A DNA stretch of 64,000 nucleotides. Source: Nageia nagi. Lineage: Eukaryota; Plantae; Pinophyta. The notes below the pieces were generated by a model, which saw only the letters and a program-made list of their open reading frames with translations, was not told the origin of the DNA and made no database searches. The stretch spans positions 4,650,001-4,714,000 of the forward strand of contig JBITNC010000002.1 in assembly GCA_050084985.1 (NCBI GenBank). The letters are read 5' to 3'. Positions 27,880 to 40,599 of this stretch are shown here, in pieces (the stretch's first letter is position 1; every line of letters begins with the position of its first letter). Made by a program: the position numbers and the translations under genes.

Positions 27880-29100
27880 TTGCTCTTCAATTTTTATACA
27901 TATAACCTATCAATTATTAATATTCATCTAGAACTCTATTAGTGAGCTCATATAAAGAAATCTATTTTGTTTCAACATCTTTTAGTAATTTTCCACCATT
28001 AGTAATCCCTAAAGCAAATTTATAAAGCTCTCTAAATCTTTTTGGGCTACTTGCTATGTAAGCATGAAGTTCACATATAAGATCTTCAACATTTCATACA
28101 TTATCAAATGTGCTAACAATTTTATATGCTGAATTCATTCGATGAGTCATATAGTGAATATGAATCATATATAGAGTAATTGTTATTTGCAATCTCATAC
28201 AAAGATCAATTATTTGAACATGCATAATTGCAATACCATTTGCACCAATATAAATTAATTTTGTAGTTATTGCATTATCATCCATGTCAAAAATATTTTG
28301 AAATTAGTGAGGATCAACTTATTAATATTTTCATAATTACAATTTTCTTCCATTGTATGAATGGATAGAAGATGTGAATGATGGGTATTATTTTCAAATG
28401 TATAAAGATGCATACATATCCTTGATGTATTATCAACTATTTTCACTTCATCAATTGATAATAATATAAACTATTCTCTTTTTATTTCCTTTTTTAAAAA
28501 TTTCCTTCTCAATCATTGCAAGACAATCAACAATTTTCCATGCACTAGTATAAGACCAATATGATTGAGTTATATTTTCTAGACTGATACTTTGATATAA
28601 AATCTTATAGTCTAAAAAATTGAAAAGTGGCCTTTGTTTCTTCAAAAGATGAGAAATTGTACAAAATTATGTATGTTTAGATAACAAATTGGACTCTTGA
28701 AGTTTTTGAAAATGGGTTAGTATGTTTCTACCTTTTTGATTAACATCTTGTTGATCATTTTTGTACTTTTCATGCTCTAAAGCATATATTTTATTGTTAC
28801 AATCCTTCTCAATTTTATATATGGTCATATTTATCTCCTTTTCATCTTCTCTTGTAATAGATTGATAGGATTTCTCTTAAATTTTTTTTAATGGTATATA
28901 ATTTTAACTGCATTCTATGATCTCTTCCTAATTTCCAAGAACAAATATCACATCTATATTCTATTTGATTTGTGTTGTTATATAGCATTATTGGTTTGAT
29001 AAATGGATACTTTATTGCCCAATCAAACTTAAAACTCCTACCAATTTTCCATTTGTTTCTCTTTTTTAGATTTGATTACATTGCACCATTTTTATTTTGA
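27880..29100 (-). mobile_element. Degenerate hAT-superfamily (ZNF862-like) transposase remnant
   Basis: ORF 28094-28285 has IGANGIAIM (cf. xDGAxxM) and IHIHYMTHRMNSA (cf. hAT HCxAHRLNLA). ORF 28451-28645 has RPL...WSYTSAWKIVDCLA, followed by an I.DE-like segment. No TIRs identified. Confidence 0.7.
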
Positions 29101-29279
29101 GAGTTTGGATTATTTGATTGCTATGAATATTTTTCATTCTCAAATAAATTTTGACTAATAATAGCAATATCAAAATCTGACTCAAATGCATTATCATTTG
29201 CATTTTTAAAAAAATGATTTTGCATTTAATTAATTGATACTATTATAACCAAATTATGCCAATGCACCAAGGAGACAAA

Positions 29280-31393
29280 GTGAAAGAGTATAGAGGCTAT
29301 ACCTAAATGATGAATTTGATAGTGTTCTAGAAGATTGCAATCACTCAACCAAAAAAGATGCAGAAACTAATCAAGAAGGAATTGAGGAACTCGCATCTAA
29401 TGCATTAGAGGTATTCACCAAAATCTTGTCTTATATGAAAGGTAGGAAATTTTTATCTACAAAAGAATGTCTTCCCTTCCTTGTCCAAACCTTATAAGTA
29501 GATACAAAAGTAAAACATCTCTTAGGGTCTACTCTAGATTTTGATCTCAAGTATACCAAACAAAAGCAAATGATCCCATAGACTCAACTATATATGATGT
29601 TAACTCCTTGTAGGTAAGCATATAAATATTTTGAACCTTTGCAAGTTGCTCCATTACAACTTTTTGTACCTAATTTTATTCTTGAATCTCCAATTTCAAA
29701 TTAGTCCCTCACTACTCAACAAAACCCTAGCAATGTTGCTAAAACCAGTGTTATTGCTCCATTACCTCATCAAAATCTTGTCCCCAATTCTTCGAATCCT
29801 AAAACTTATGTTGCATGTTTAGTCCTTCAACAAGTATTTCTAAAGCATGATAAAGAACTGGAGGACAACATTGATGAAGAATACTTAGTTGATACCTCTA
29901 AATATGAGGCACCTCAAAGACCATCCATCCCTGAATCTTGGATGGATGAACTTGATCTAGCAATAGCATTTGGTATGAAGAGGAAACCAAGTTGGTCAGA
30001 TGCAAAATTTTACATCTTAAAGAAAGAATTGAAGTTTTTGAAGCTTAATAGAGAGTTTAATGCCACTACACCTGAATGCAAATCAGACATGGTCAATAAT
30101 TTGGTATGAACTTTAAAACAAGAAAAGATTCAATACTTTGGTTTATTTCAAGGGTTAGCTAAGGACAAGCACAAAGATACTGGTATATCATCACAACAAG
30201 TAGCTCCATATGATGTGCTTTAAAAAATTATGCAATTACAAAAAGATTCCATCATGGTTTGCATCAATAAATTTGCACCTACAATTTCAAAAGGTAATGA
30301 CAACCCCTTTTATTATCCCATCCACCAAAAAAGGTATGATAAACAGGTAAAATTTACTATGTATGATGGTCATTATGATCCTAGATTACATTTGCAAAAG
30401 GTACCACTTAGAATATATTTCATTTGAAAACGATGATGATTTATTGGTTAAATTGTTTCCTCTTAGTTTAAAATTTGAATCATTCTTGTGGTTTACTAAT
30501 TTACCTCATAAATGTATTACTTGTTTTGATGATATTGTTAAAGAATTTTTGGATTGTTATAACTTATCTGTGACCCAAGAACCATATCCCTTATACATGT
30601 ATACCTTGAAGCAAAAGCAAGGTCAACTTGTTCGTGATTTCATTATTGAGTGGTATAAAGTAGCTAACCAAGTCCACATCCTTGGTAAAGAAAAGAAGCA
30701 TATCCTTTTTCGAGCCTTGTTGCCTTCCTATAGATGTGACTTTTTCAATTTTCAAGACTATCCTTATGACAAGTTAATAGATGAGATGATTATCAAGAAT
30801 GCCCATCATAAGACTTTCGATGAATCTTTAGACCACATAAAGTAAGCTTTGATCCAAAAACCTGTCTCTCCCAATAAACCTAGGACTCAACATCAAACCA
30901 AATCTAAATTCCAAATGATTGCTAGGGTGAACCATGATGATATAAAAGTGTGGGAACCAAGGAGATCGCATAGACAATATACTGAATTCCATGAGGATAT
31001 TAGTGAAGTCTTGGATGCTCTAGTTGACATGAACTTAAGTTGTTATCCTCCAATAAAAGAGCCCCCTAAATCAAACCGTTGAGCTATCAAGCACACCTCT
31101 TTTGTAATTTCCTTAGACAAATTGGTCATGCCACAAAAGAGTATTATCATTTGAAAAATATAATCCAAGGCTTACATGATAAAGAAAAGTTTAAATTTGA
31201 TCATGAAGTTTCAGATGCGATTTTGTATCAACATAAGTACAAATCAGCACAAACTAGATCAGTGCATCCCCAAAATCAAAGGTTGAGTATTTTCAACAAT
31301 CCATTCCCACAATTCAAGAAGGAACTTGAAAATGATGGAAATAAATTACAGAGTAATAATGTGAGTATCCCTCAACCACAACCTCCACTATAA
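29280..31393 (+). mobile_element. Gypsy (Tat-like) gag remnant 1
   Basis: KFTMYDGHYDPRLHLQ (30230 ORF), LLVKLFPLSLKFESFLWFTNLP...LKQKQGQLVRDFI (30363 ORF; Retrotrans_gag), knuckle-like FCNFLRQIGHATKEY (31079 ORF). Confidence 0.8.
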
Positions 31394-31639
31394 TAGCAGG
31401 TATAATAACCATTATTTCTAGGTATGGTCCTTTATGTTGATGGAGTTTGGGATTTTCTATAAATTGTTTCCTTTTGTTTCTTATTCTTACATTTATTTTT
31501 CCTTATTTCATGCAAATGTATATTGGTGTTTTCAAAATTGATTATCTTCTCTTTTCTCTATTTGAGTGATGACATTGGAGTCTAGCATCGTCACTTTGTC
31601 CCTAATACTAAAAACTTTGCCAATTTCATATCCAAGCAT

Positions 31640-32560
31640 TCAAATGTATATGTTTTATTTGTAAAAAATTGATCCATGTTAGAAAGTTTCAAGAAGAATT
31701 TATTGGATTTTTACATGATCAAGATATGCTTGCAAAATTATTCTCTAGTAGTTTCAGAGATGAGACCTTGAAATGGTATTTTTCCCTTCCTGAAAAAAGT
31801 ATTGACAAATATGAAGATATTGTTTTACAATTCATTGCTAATTTTAAATATAATATTCAATACATAATAGAGTTTAAAGATTTATGCAAGGTTAAGAAAA
31901 TACAAGGATAATCTTTGATTGATTTTATGAAAATGTAGAAAAAGGTTGCTGATAAACTATGTGCTAGTGAGCAAGATTTAAAGGATACTTTTGTACATGC
32001 TTTATTACTTGTATTCAAGTTAAAAGTATAGAATCATGATGATATATATTTGGGTAAAATTATTGAGAAATTACTTCATAAAGAATCTTGTATTTTATGA
32101 AATTATAAGGCATATTAAACGAATAATGGTCTACGGATAACAAGTCCAACCCCACAAGTACAAGAACAAGTGGTAGTTGTAGTAAGTAAAGGTAAAGATC
32201 CTTTGAGAATAAAAGAAAATACACAAAATTAATAGAAAATGTTGATAAAATTTTCAATGTGTTAGTAGATAAAGATCTTATTGAGCTCCCATGAATTGTT
32301 AAACATTATTTCCCATATGGTGTTCCTAAAAATTATAGATTTGAAGAATTTTGCAATTACAATAGAACTCCAGGATATGTAACCAAAAATTTCTTGGATT
32401 TAAGAAATATTATACACAACTTCATAGATCAAAAAGTGATTTGAATTGATGATACACCCAAAAAAGAAGATAATGGTGTTGGGCTTATATATCCTCATAA
32501 TAACTAGCTTAGTATATTTAAGGATCATTTGCCAAATATAACCAAACAATCCAAGGGATG
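31640..32560 (+). mobile_element. Gypsy (Tat-like) gag remnant 2
   Basis: IHVRKFQEE...MLAKLFSSSFRDETLKWYFSLPEKSIDKYEDIV..F (31669 ORF) and a decayed knuckle EEFCNYNRTPGYVTKNF at ~32345-32395. Confidence 0.8.
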
Positions 32561-33699
32561 CACTAGAATGGTAAGTACATCAATTTTTGTTCAATATTAT
32601 TTTTAGAAAAAATGGAAGTCATGTCAACATAAACTATCACTACAAAAAATTAAATAAGTTGTGGTAAAGAAAGTGGAAGTCAAATTTCAATTGAAAGGAA
32701 GCATTGACATCCTACAAGATATTCCACATGCTGCCACAACCGTAGTTCCAGTAGTAAGCTAATTTTTATTTTTGTACTTGCATCAACCAAAAGTAAGTGG
32801 TTCCTAAACCCACCTAGGTACATCATGTTATTGGTTGAGTTATAAATATTTGAAATGATTATATACCATAATGTATTTTAAGTTTCTTTATAGTGTTGCA
32901 TTTTCATGTATGTTTTATTGTTATGAGGATTTAAGTGTGCTTTTGGGTAGCTATGTTTAATATTGTTCATATATTTTTCTTAAAAATATTGAACCTTTGA
33001 CATCATGGACGTTGTTCACTTGTAGGTGCGATGTCCATACCATGCATTTTCCATATACAAAAAAAAAAAAAAATTGTTTGATTCAAATGCTATGCATGGT
33101 TATCTTTGTTTATTCTTTTATGGAGTTATTTGCTTATATTGTTATTAAATAGAAAATACAAAATATGTACAATCCCATGTTGTAAACAAAAAATTGGTGT
33201 TTTTCTCATAAAGTGTTTATCTTTAGCATGTTTTTAAAGCTTGATTTTTGATGTGATGGTTTGTTTGTGCAAGGTTAATATTTACAAAATAGTTAAAGTA
33301 TACATTAAAAATACAAAAACTAAAATATAACTATAAGCTCAAGAGTTCATATATTCACATAGCAAAAAAGGGGCAGGTTTTACAATAAGTCATGCATAAC
33401 TCTCCTTGCTAGCACTAATACCCCCACCCTCTCCCATGTGGCTTTTCTAAGTTGCACTATCTAGTGTCCACCTAGATGTCCACTAATCTTGCTACCAGTA
33501 GCCCCATGGGAGACTAAAAGAGATTTAGCCTTCCCATATTTTTTCATTGAGCTCCTTCACCTCCTACTGCAATTTTTGATTTGCATTAAGTTGTTTGTTC
33601 ATAAAAGTCCAATCTAAGGAAAGAGATAGTATCACAATCTTTAATGGAATAAATTTTCTTAGAAAATATAGTAGAAGAAATATTATTAGGAACCATTTC

Positions 33700-35728
33700 T
33701 TTTTTTAATTTTAGCAGGAAGAGTTTTTAACTGTTCAATCATGCTATAAACTCTTGGATCTGGTGGAAGACTTACATGTTCATTTGCATCCTGATTTTGG
33801 TTTTATTGTGGATGTGGATTCGATCTTGAACATCCTCTTCCAAATGTAGCATAAATTTCCTCATCTAATGTTATGGCATTCATAGCCTAATCCAGATTTG
33901 AAATATTTTTAGTGATTTCATACTTTTCTTGAGTAATCAGATCCAAGATATCTTCTCCAAGATTTGTATGACTATTCATTCCATGTCTTCTTCTTTGATG
34001 ATATGAACAATAAGCATTTGAGTTCCCTATAAATACACTATCATACTTTGCTTTTCTTCCAATGGCCTTAATAACCTCTTCTTAATCAATTCTTATAAAA
34101 TTTGCTTAGGGGGCATTGGGAAGGTAAATGTACGACTCCTTATTGTATTAGATCTTGTAAGAGTCAATTTGTTAGCCATATTAACATTCTTCTCTTCTTT
34201 TTTCACATAAGATTTTTTATTTTCTTTGTTCCATGTTGAAATTTTTATATTTGAGTGTTCCTAATTCAATCAATACCTTTTCTTTCAACATTGCTTTTCT
34301 AATCATGACTCCAAAACTTAATTTAGTATAATCAAGAGTATGTTGCTTTAAAACTAGAAGAAAAGAGTTAGCAAAAATACCATAAGTTTGTCTTTCATTT
34401 AAATGACTATGTATGGTTTTCCATACCTTTTTAAATTGTAGGATATAATTTTTCAATGGTTCATAATTTCCTTGATGTACTGCTTACAACTTTGTAACTA
34501 TACTTTGTCCTTTAACATTATGCTTTTACTGATTCATAAATGCTTTCACCAATGACTAAAATGAATTAATAGATCCTTTAGAAAAATTATAAAAACACTA
34601 ACTAGCATCACCTTTCAAACTCCTTTGGAAGAATTTCATTATCAACTTCTCCTCAGATCCCAGTTTCAACAAGCACTTCTCCTAAAATCCAATAATATGT
34701 TGCTTTGGGTCTTGCTTGCCATTGAACATTTTGAATTTCGAGGTATTGAGATCAGGTGGTAGGGGATAATTATGGATATTTATCGATAAGGATATAGTGA
34801 ACATGCCATCATAATCTTCATTATTATTTTGAGATCTATATTTTCCAATTTTACAATTCTTGCCATTACCTCAGGTGTAACCTTTTGATTATTGCTTGTT
34901 GTGGCCTATGGATTTGGAATAGATTGACTCATAGTATGAATCAGGATTATGATCACCTAAGTCAAGTTCAATGTCATACGAGGTAAATCTTGAGCCATTA
35001 CAGTGTTAATGCATCACACTCAGATAAGCACAGTGCGAACAGAGCTAAATCTATATCAAAATTTATGCTAAATCTTATCTAAGAGGAAAAAGATCGATTA
35101 AAACAATGGGTTCACCAAAATGTAGATAGGAAATAATGCATGATATAATAAATAAGATATTATTTCTCTACAATCCAAATAGTATAGTATACATATGAAA
35201 TATACTAGTTATTGTAATAACAAATAATGTACCTTATCAAATTTGATGATGGTAATCAAATATTGCACCTTCGCATAATCATCATATGAATGATGTCAAT
35301 GTCCCTTAATCTATCATGCCATCAAAAATGTAAACCGTTAAGAATTATACGTGTAAATGATGATATAAGAAATGCAATGAAGGCATAATAACAAATCAAC
35401 CAATAGGTGGTGTTACAAAAATGTTATTATTTGTAAGTATGATAGGTATGAAATGCCTTATTTGGTTGATGATGATCTTCTCATATGTCAATCTTTGTAT
35501 TTGAGATTCTTTTATAGCCATATGTGGATCTTCTCCCTATCTTGGTATCATCATACATTGCATATTCAATGTTGCCTTTATGGGCATCTAATACCACTTA
35601 CATTGGTTAGTGGTCCTATTATATTAAATATAATATATTGGGTATATTTTAACCCTCTTATTACAACATATATCTCTTAATGCTATTAAAATAAATTATT
35701 AATAAGAATTCATTTTTAAGTTTCTACA
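33700..35728 (-). mobile_element. Gypsy element 5' part: 608 bp LTR (35121-35728), PBS and gag; no pol seen
   Basis: LTR has inverted termini TGTAGA...TCTACA. PBS TGGTGAACCC on - at 35108-35117. Gag FKMFNGKQDPKQHIIGF...KFFQRSLKGDA at ~34600-34740, continuing into ORF 34217-34456. Confidence 0.8.
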
Positions 35729-35835
35729 CAATCAATTGAGTTTCTAGTACACCAACATTTGGGCATTTCAACCAAACAAACTTTAGTTGTATGTGAGATG
35801 AGATGCACTCCCCATCGAGTATATGCATGGTTGAT
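35729..35835 (-). pseudogene. 107 bp sacsin-like exon fragment (copy of 55382-55488)
   Basis: CAATCAATTGAG..CTAGTACACCAACATTTGGGCATTTCAACC...TGTATGTGAGATGAGATGCACTCCCCAT.GAGTAT..GCATGGTTGAT aligns collinearly with 55382-55488. Confidence 0.9.
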
Positions 35836-36038
35836 TAATTTTGATAAAATAAATTCGATTTAATTGTTGTGAATTTGATAAAATATATGAGGCATATTAG
35901 ATATTAAAAAATAATAATGGAGCATATGGTTAATTGATCTATCTATAGTGTAATGGAATTATAGATTATGGTATGAATTAGTTTTGAGAAGCAAATAGAA
36001 TGGATATAGTAGTATATTATGCACACAATTGAATGTTA

Positions 36039-37095
36039 CACTACTATCAAAAGGATGATTTGCATCCTTTTTTGCATATTTAAACATAAAAAATTAAAAT
36101 TGATGTTAATTTGCATCCTCTTGCATCAACATTCATCATTTTATTTTTTTCCATTTTTTCAATGCAAATTTTGATACAAATTTTGATGTAAATTTTGAGT
36201 TGCATTTCATTGATAAAAATATAAAACACATTTTACCTATTCATAAATCAACCAATCAATGACTCACATTGATTTCATCCTCCATTTGTACCAAAAATGA
36301 TTACCCAATAGCAAAATACCCTCTCCTATCTATATATATCAATAACCCCTCCCTATAATCTTTACATTTCATACACTTTAGCTAATTTTTTTTCTTCTTT
36401 AGTTTTCAAGTTTTGATCATAGTTAATGCACCCAAGGTAGACAAAAAGACCAAAGAGAATAAGCCCACACAAAAAAAAAAAATTCCATAGTTGAAGAAAA
36501 GAAAAAAGAGAATAAGCCCATAGTTGCAGAAAAGAAAACTCCTTTGAAGGCCAATAAAGATGCAGACATTAAAAACTTTACTGTATTAATAAATTTAAAT
36601 TTTTAAAATCTAAACTAGTAACCCCATTCTTGCATTGGTTTAATTGATGTATGTTATTGCCCAAAGACCTAATACAAATTATGTAACCTGCAGAGGTCAT
36701 AAATTTTGATCCAAATATCATATTGAGCCCATTTTTTTAAAGTTGTACAAAATTAAAAGATCTACGATTCTATGATATTTTTTTTTCAAAATTGATGCAA
36801 AAATTGACTCAAATTATGAAAATTCGATGTAAAATTTTGAAAAAATGATGCAAATTCAAAAAAATGATGTAAAAATTGACGTAAATTATGAAAAATGATA
36901 AAAATGATGCGAAAAATGGCTCTAAGGATGCAAAAAGTATATGCAACAAGTGACCAAAAAAGGATGCAAAAAATGACACAAATTTCAACTTGTCATTTAC
37001 ATCCTTTTTTGCATCGAAAAAATTGGAAAAGCACAAAAAACTAACAAAGAATTTGGATGCAAGAAAGGATGCAAATCCCTTTTTTGGTAGTAGTG
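36039..37095. mobile_element. Non-autonomous CACTA (En/Spm) DNA transposon, 1057 bp, TSD TTA
   Basis: Termini CACTACTATCAAAAGG... and ...CCCTTTTTGGTAGTAGTG. 3-bp TSD TTA at 36036-36038 and 37096-37098. Subterminal TTTGCATC/GATGCAAA arrays in inverted orientation. The empty site is present in repeat copies at ~52420 and ~61605. Confidence 0.92.
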
Positions 37096-38727
37096 TTAAC
37101 ATCTTAAAGTGATGAATCTATGTATAATGCAATGAAATATGGGCTTTTAATTATGAAAGTACAATGCTTGATTTTTTATTATTGATTAAATGTTATTTAT
37201 GTTATGTTGGTGTATATCTATGATAATATACCACGTATAGAATGGAGAGTAGATATATAGTTATCTTTTAACATCCTTTTAAACCCATTGGTTTGTAGGA
37301 TCTATCAAAGTTTGTTCAGAAGTAAATATATATCAATTATAAATTTGAATGGTTGTTTCTCATATAACGAAAAATATTGAATAATGTACAAATATTCCAA
37401 GAAAAACAAGAATATTTATGAGGACAATTGACGACAATCACTCACTCCCACCCAATGAACATAATTCATTAAAACATAATTTTAAAACTAGATCAAGCAT
37501 AATATGATGATGTTTGTCTATAGTTGTAACTATAGATTAAAAATGTATTGCGTGTTTTCTCAATTATATTTAAATAAAATATTAAAAATAATGATTATAT
37601 AGTTATTGAAATAATATTTCATCCATAGTTATAATTATATATTGATAAACATTAGATGATTTCTCAATTATAGAAGAATTGTTAAAAATTGTAACTTGTA
37701 CTAACCAAAAGTTTGAAACATATTTAAGATTGGTTGATCGATTTTTGAGATTGAACTAAAGAATGTTAAATATTCCAATGAAAATTCATGTTGCATACAT
37801 AACAATGTATGTTACAGATATGATAACTTGTGTGTGAGGATCCCAATATTATCAATACATAAATAACCACCTCCAAAAACCAAGATCATCATGTTACATT
37901 AAAACTTGGAAATAATTTGGAATAATCCTTGTAAAATATGCATACATTATAAAACAAGTTAAACTTCTCATAACTTTGAAGATATCCATTGTTTAAAAAA
38001 TTATACATCAAGATATTATTCTTAAACCTAATTCCATATAAACCTTATATACAAAGGCTTACAACTTGTATGTAGAATAAGATTACATTTCTCATCGTTC
38101 ACATATCGATGAACATTATATGCATATATAAATGTAAAATAAGCAAAGAGGTATGCTTGTATGTGCATAAATAATAACTTAGACTTTAGAGTTGCTTTTA
38201 TAGAAACAATTACAATTTTGATAAAGAATAGAAATAAAATTAAAAAACTCTAATTGAAATTCTTTGCAAGGGAATATAACAAATTTTTTAATTGTTATAC
38301 CAAACCTTTTATAAATTAATTTTAGTTCTACTTGAATGAAATTCAAAATATGAATTTTTATATTAATGTTAGTGAGTGATCAAAAAAATAATTAGTGGAA
38401 CTATAAAAAAATGCATATAAAAAGAGCAAGGGAATGTTTAGAGTAGCTTCGATGTATAAGCATAATTAGTAGATAAATAAGAGTATCAAATACAACATGG
38501 TTGAATAAAGTAAGAAGTCTACAAATAGAGAGGCAAGAGGCTCATCCAACATTTAAGGTTGGAAAGAAGCTCATGATTTTGCAATCAAAGAAAGTAATCC
38601 TAGTGGGTTTTGTAGTAATGTGTTGATGAGTAATTATTTGAGAGTATTTAGGGATCATGTGATACTTTTGATTTGTATTTTCTTGAAGTTTTAAATAAGA
38701 TGTGATAAGTCTATAATTAATTGTGCT

Positions 38728-39435
38728 TTAGGATCTATTGATAATCACTTTTTATTCTAGGCAGATGGCTTCTTTGATAAAGAGTACAATGTATTTTTTA
38801 TCTTTGTAATTCATAATGTTTAAGGTTATCTTTGAATTAAAACAATTTGAAAAAGTAATTATATATAAACTATGAAAAAATGACTTGCAATTATTTATTT
38901 ATGATTACATTAATTCGAAATAATGAAATCTCCTTTGAGAAGGTCATTCATTTCTCTGTTTGCCTCTTAGTTTCTCCCTTTCTTTTTACCATAAAATTTA
39001 AAATTTTCACCACAAGAGGCTCCCCTTCTTTATTTCTTTTATTCCTCAATTTTTTATTTTTATCTATATAATTTTCTTTAGGATTTATTGACAATCACTT
39101 TTTGTTCGAGGCAGATTGCTTCTTTGACATAGAGTACAATGTATTTTTGGTTTGTGTAATTCATAATCTTTAAGGTTATCTTTGCATTAACACAATTTGA
39201 AAAGTAATCAAAAGAAAATTATATATTAACTATGAAAAATGACTTGCAATTATTTATTTATGATTACATTAATTTAAAATAATGAAATCTTATTTGATAA
39301 GGTTGTTCATTTCTATCTTTGCCTCCTAGTTTCTCCCTTTTATTTTTACCATAAAACCTATAATTTTAACCATGAGAGGCTCTGCTTCTTTATTTCTTTT
39401 ATTCCTCATTTTTTAGTTTTACTTATATAATTTTC
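38728..39435 (+). repeat. ~350 bp tandem duplication inside repeat copy A
   Basis: Units start TTAGGAT.TATTGA.AATCACTTTTT at ~38728 and ~39078. Copy C has a single unit (~63619-63975). Confidence 0.9.
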
Positions 39436-40599
39436 AATAAGAAAATTCATCATGATAGATATACCTTTTACTCAAATTAAAGGCCTTTAAATCTTATTTG
39501 TGAGATATTAAGGTTCAAATTCACCATATTATTCATGATGTATATGACAATAGTGATATGACTAGCCCAAGTGTCATCCTTTTTAGAGTTTCTACTAATG
39601 TTTTATTTTTTGTGAACTAGTTATAAGTAGAATGGCATACCATATAATTAGGTTCAAACACCACATAGGGTCATATAATATAATTTATTTGAATTTAATT
39701 ATTTTATCTTGATGCATGTATATTTTAACTATGTTACATTTTGTTCCTCCATTTAACATGTTACGCAAATCATGTCAAAAGCTGATTATGTATTGACATC
39801 AAATATCTCTTTAGTCATATTCATGTGGCATCAAATATATATTTTTCTTAATAATATTGGAAACACGAGTTTTTAAAGGATATTGTAAGTTTTTACATCA
39901 TTCATTAGAAATTCAAAATACATCAACATTGAAATATTAATAACTTGGATATACAAGGTTAATAGGAAAGGCCTTGTGAAGCAAAAGAAAAGGGGGCTAA
40001 ATAAACATCTCCTAAGCCTTCAAACAAGATCAATAAAACTAAAAAGCTATACCAACACTAAGTAATATGATTTGAAAAAATATTATCATACCCACAACAT
40101 GGTACCAAAATTAATGTAAGGCTTGTCCACATTAGAACAGGTACATGCACACCTTAGAAAATTTGAAAATTTTGAAAAATCTTTCTCTTTCCCTATATCC
40201 ATTCAAAATTTGAAACCAAAATGGTAGTATAAATTTGTTGCATGTAGGAGAATATTTGAAAGTCTTCCATATTATGGGGGTTGCATGCTCCATCTAATTG
40301 TATTATGTTTACATGATTTCCCTTCTCTATATTCCTTAAGCATTAAACAACCTCATCAAATTGAAATAGATTTTGCTAGCCATGAAATCTAATCATAACT
40401 CTTAGTAGAAGATCATATTGATTCCCTTCATGAGATAAGAGTGATAATATTATCTCGAACAATCTTCTCCAATTTATGCAAACCTAAAGGATAATCCCAC
40501 CAACATATTCTCCACCAAGTTCCATCAAGTACATCTAAATCCAAGGCTTCCCTCTGTGATTTTTTCCCATCATTATCTTTCTTAAGAACCTAGAAGATG

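Larger units (their letters stand above)
35836..39460 (+). repeat. Dispersed AT-rich repeat, copy A (homologous to 52212-52667 and 61572-64000)
   Basis: Collinear similarity by eye (e.g. GTGAGGATCC.AATATTATCAATACATAAATAACC at ~37835 and ~62341; AGAGGCTCATCCAACATTTA at ~38536 and ~63428). Contains the CACTA insert and an internal ~350 bp tandem duplication. Confidence 0.9.

Noticed and set aside
32638-32895. Possible second CACTA element (CACTACAAAAAA ... TTTCTTTATAGTG)
   Set aside because: The TIR match is weak, the flanking 3-mers differ (TAT vs TTG) and there are no subterminal repeats.
36809-37102. 97 aa ORF rich in FAS repeats
   Set aside because: Translation of the CACTA subterminal TTTGCATC repeats, not a protein.
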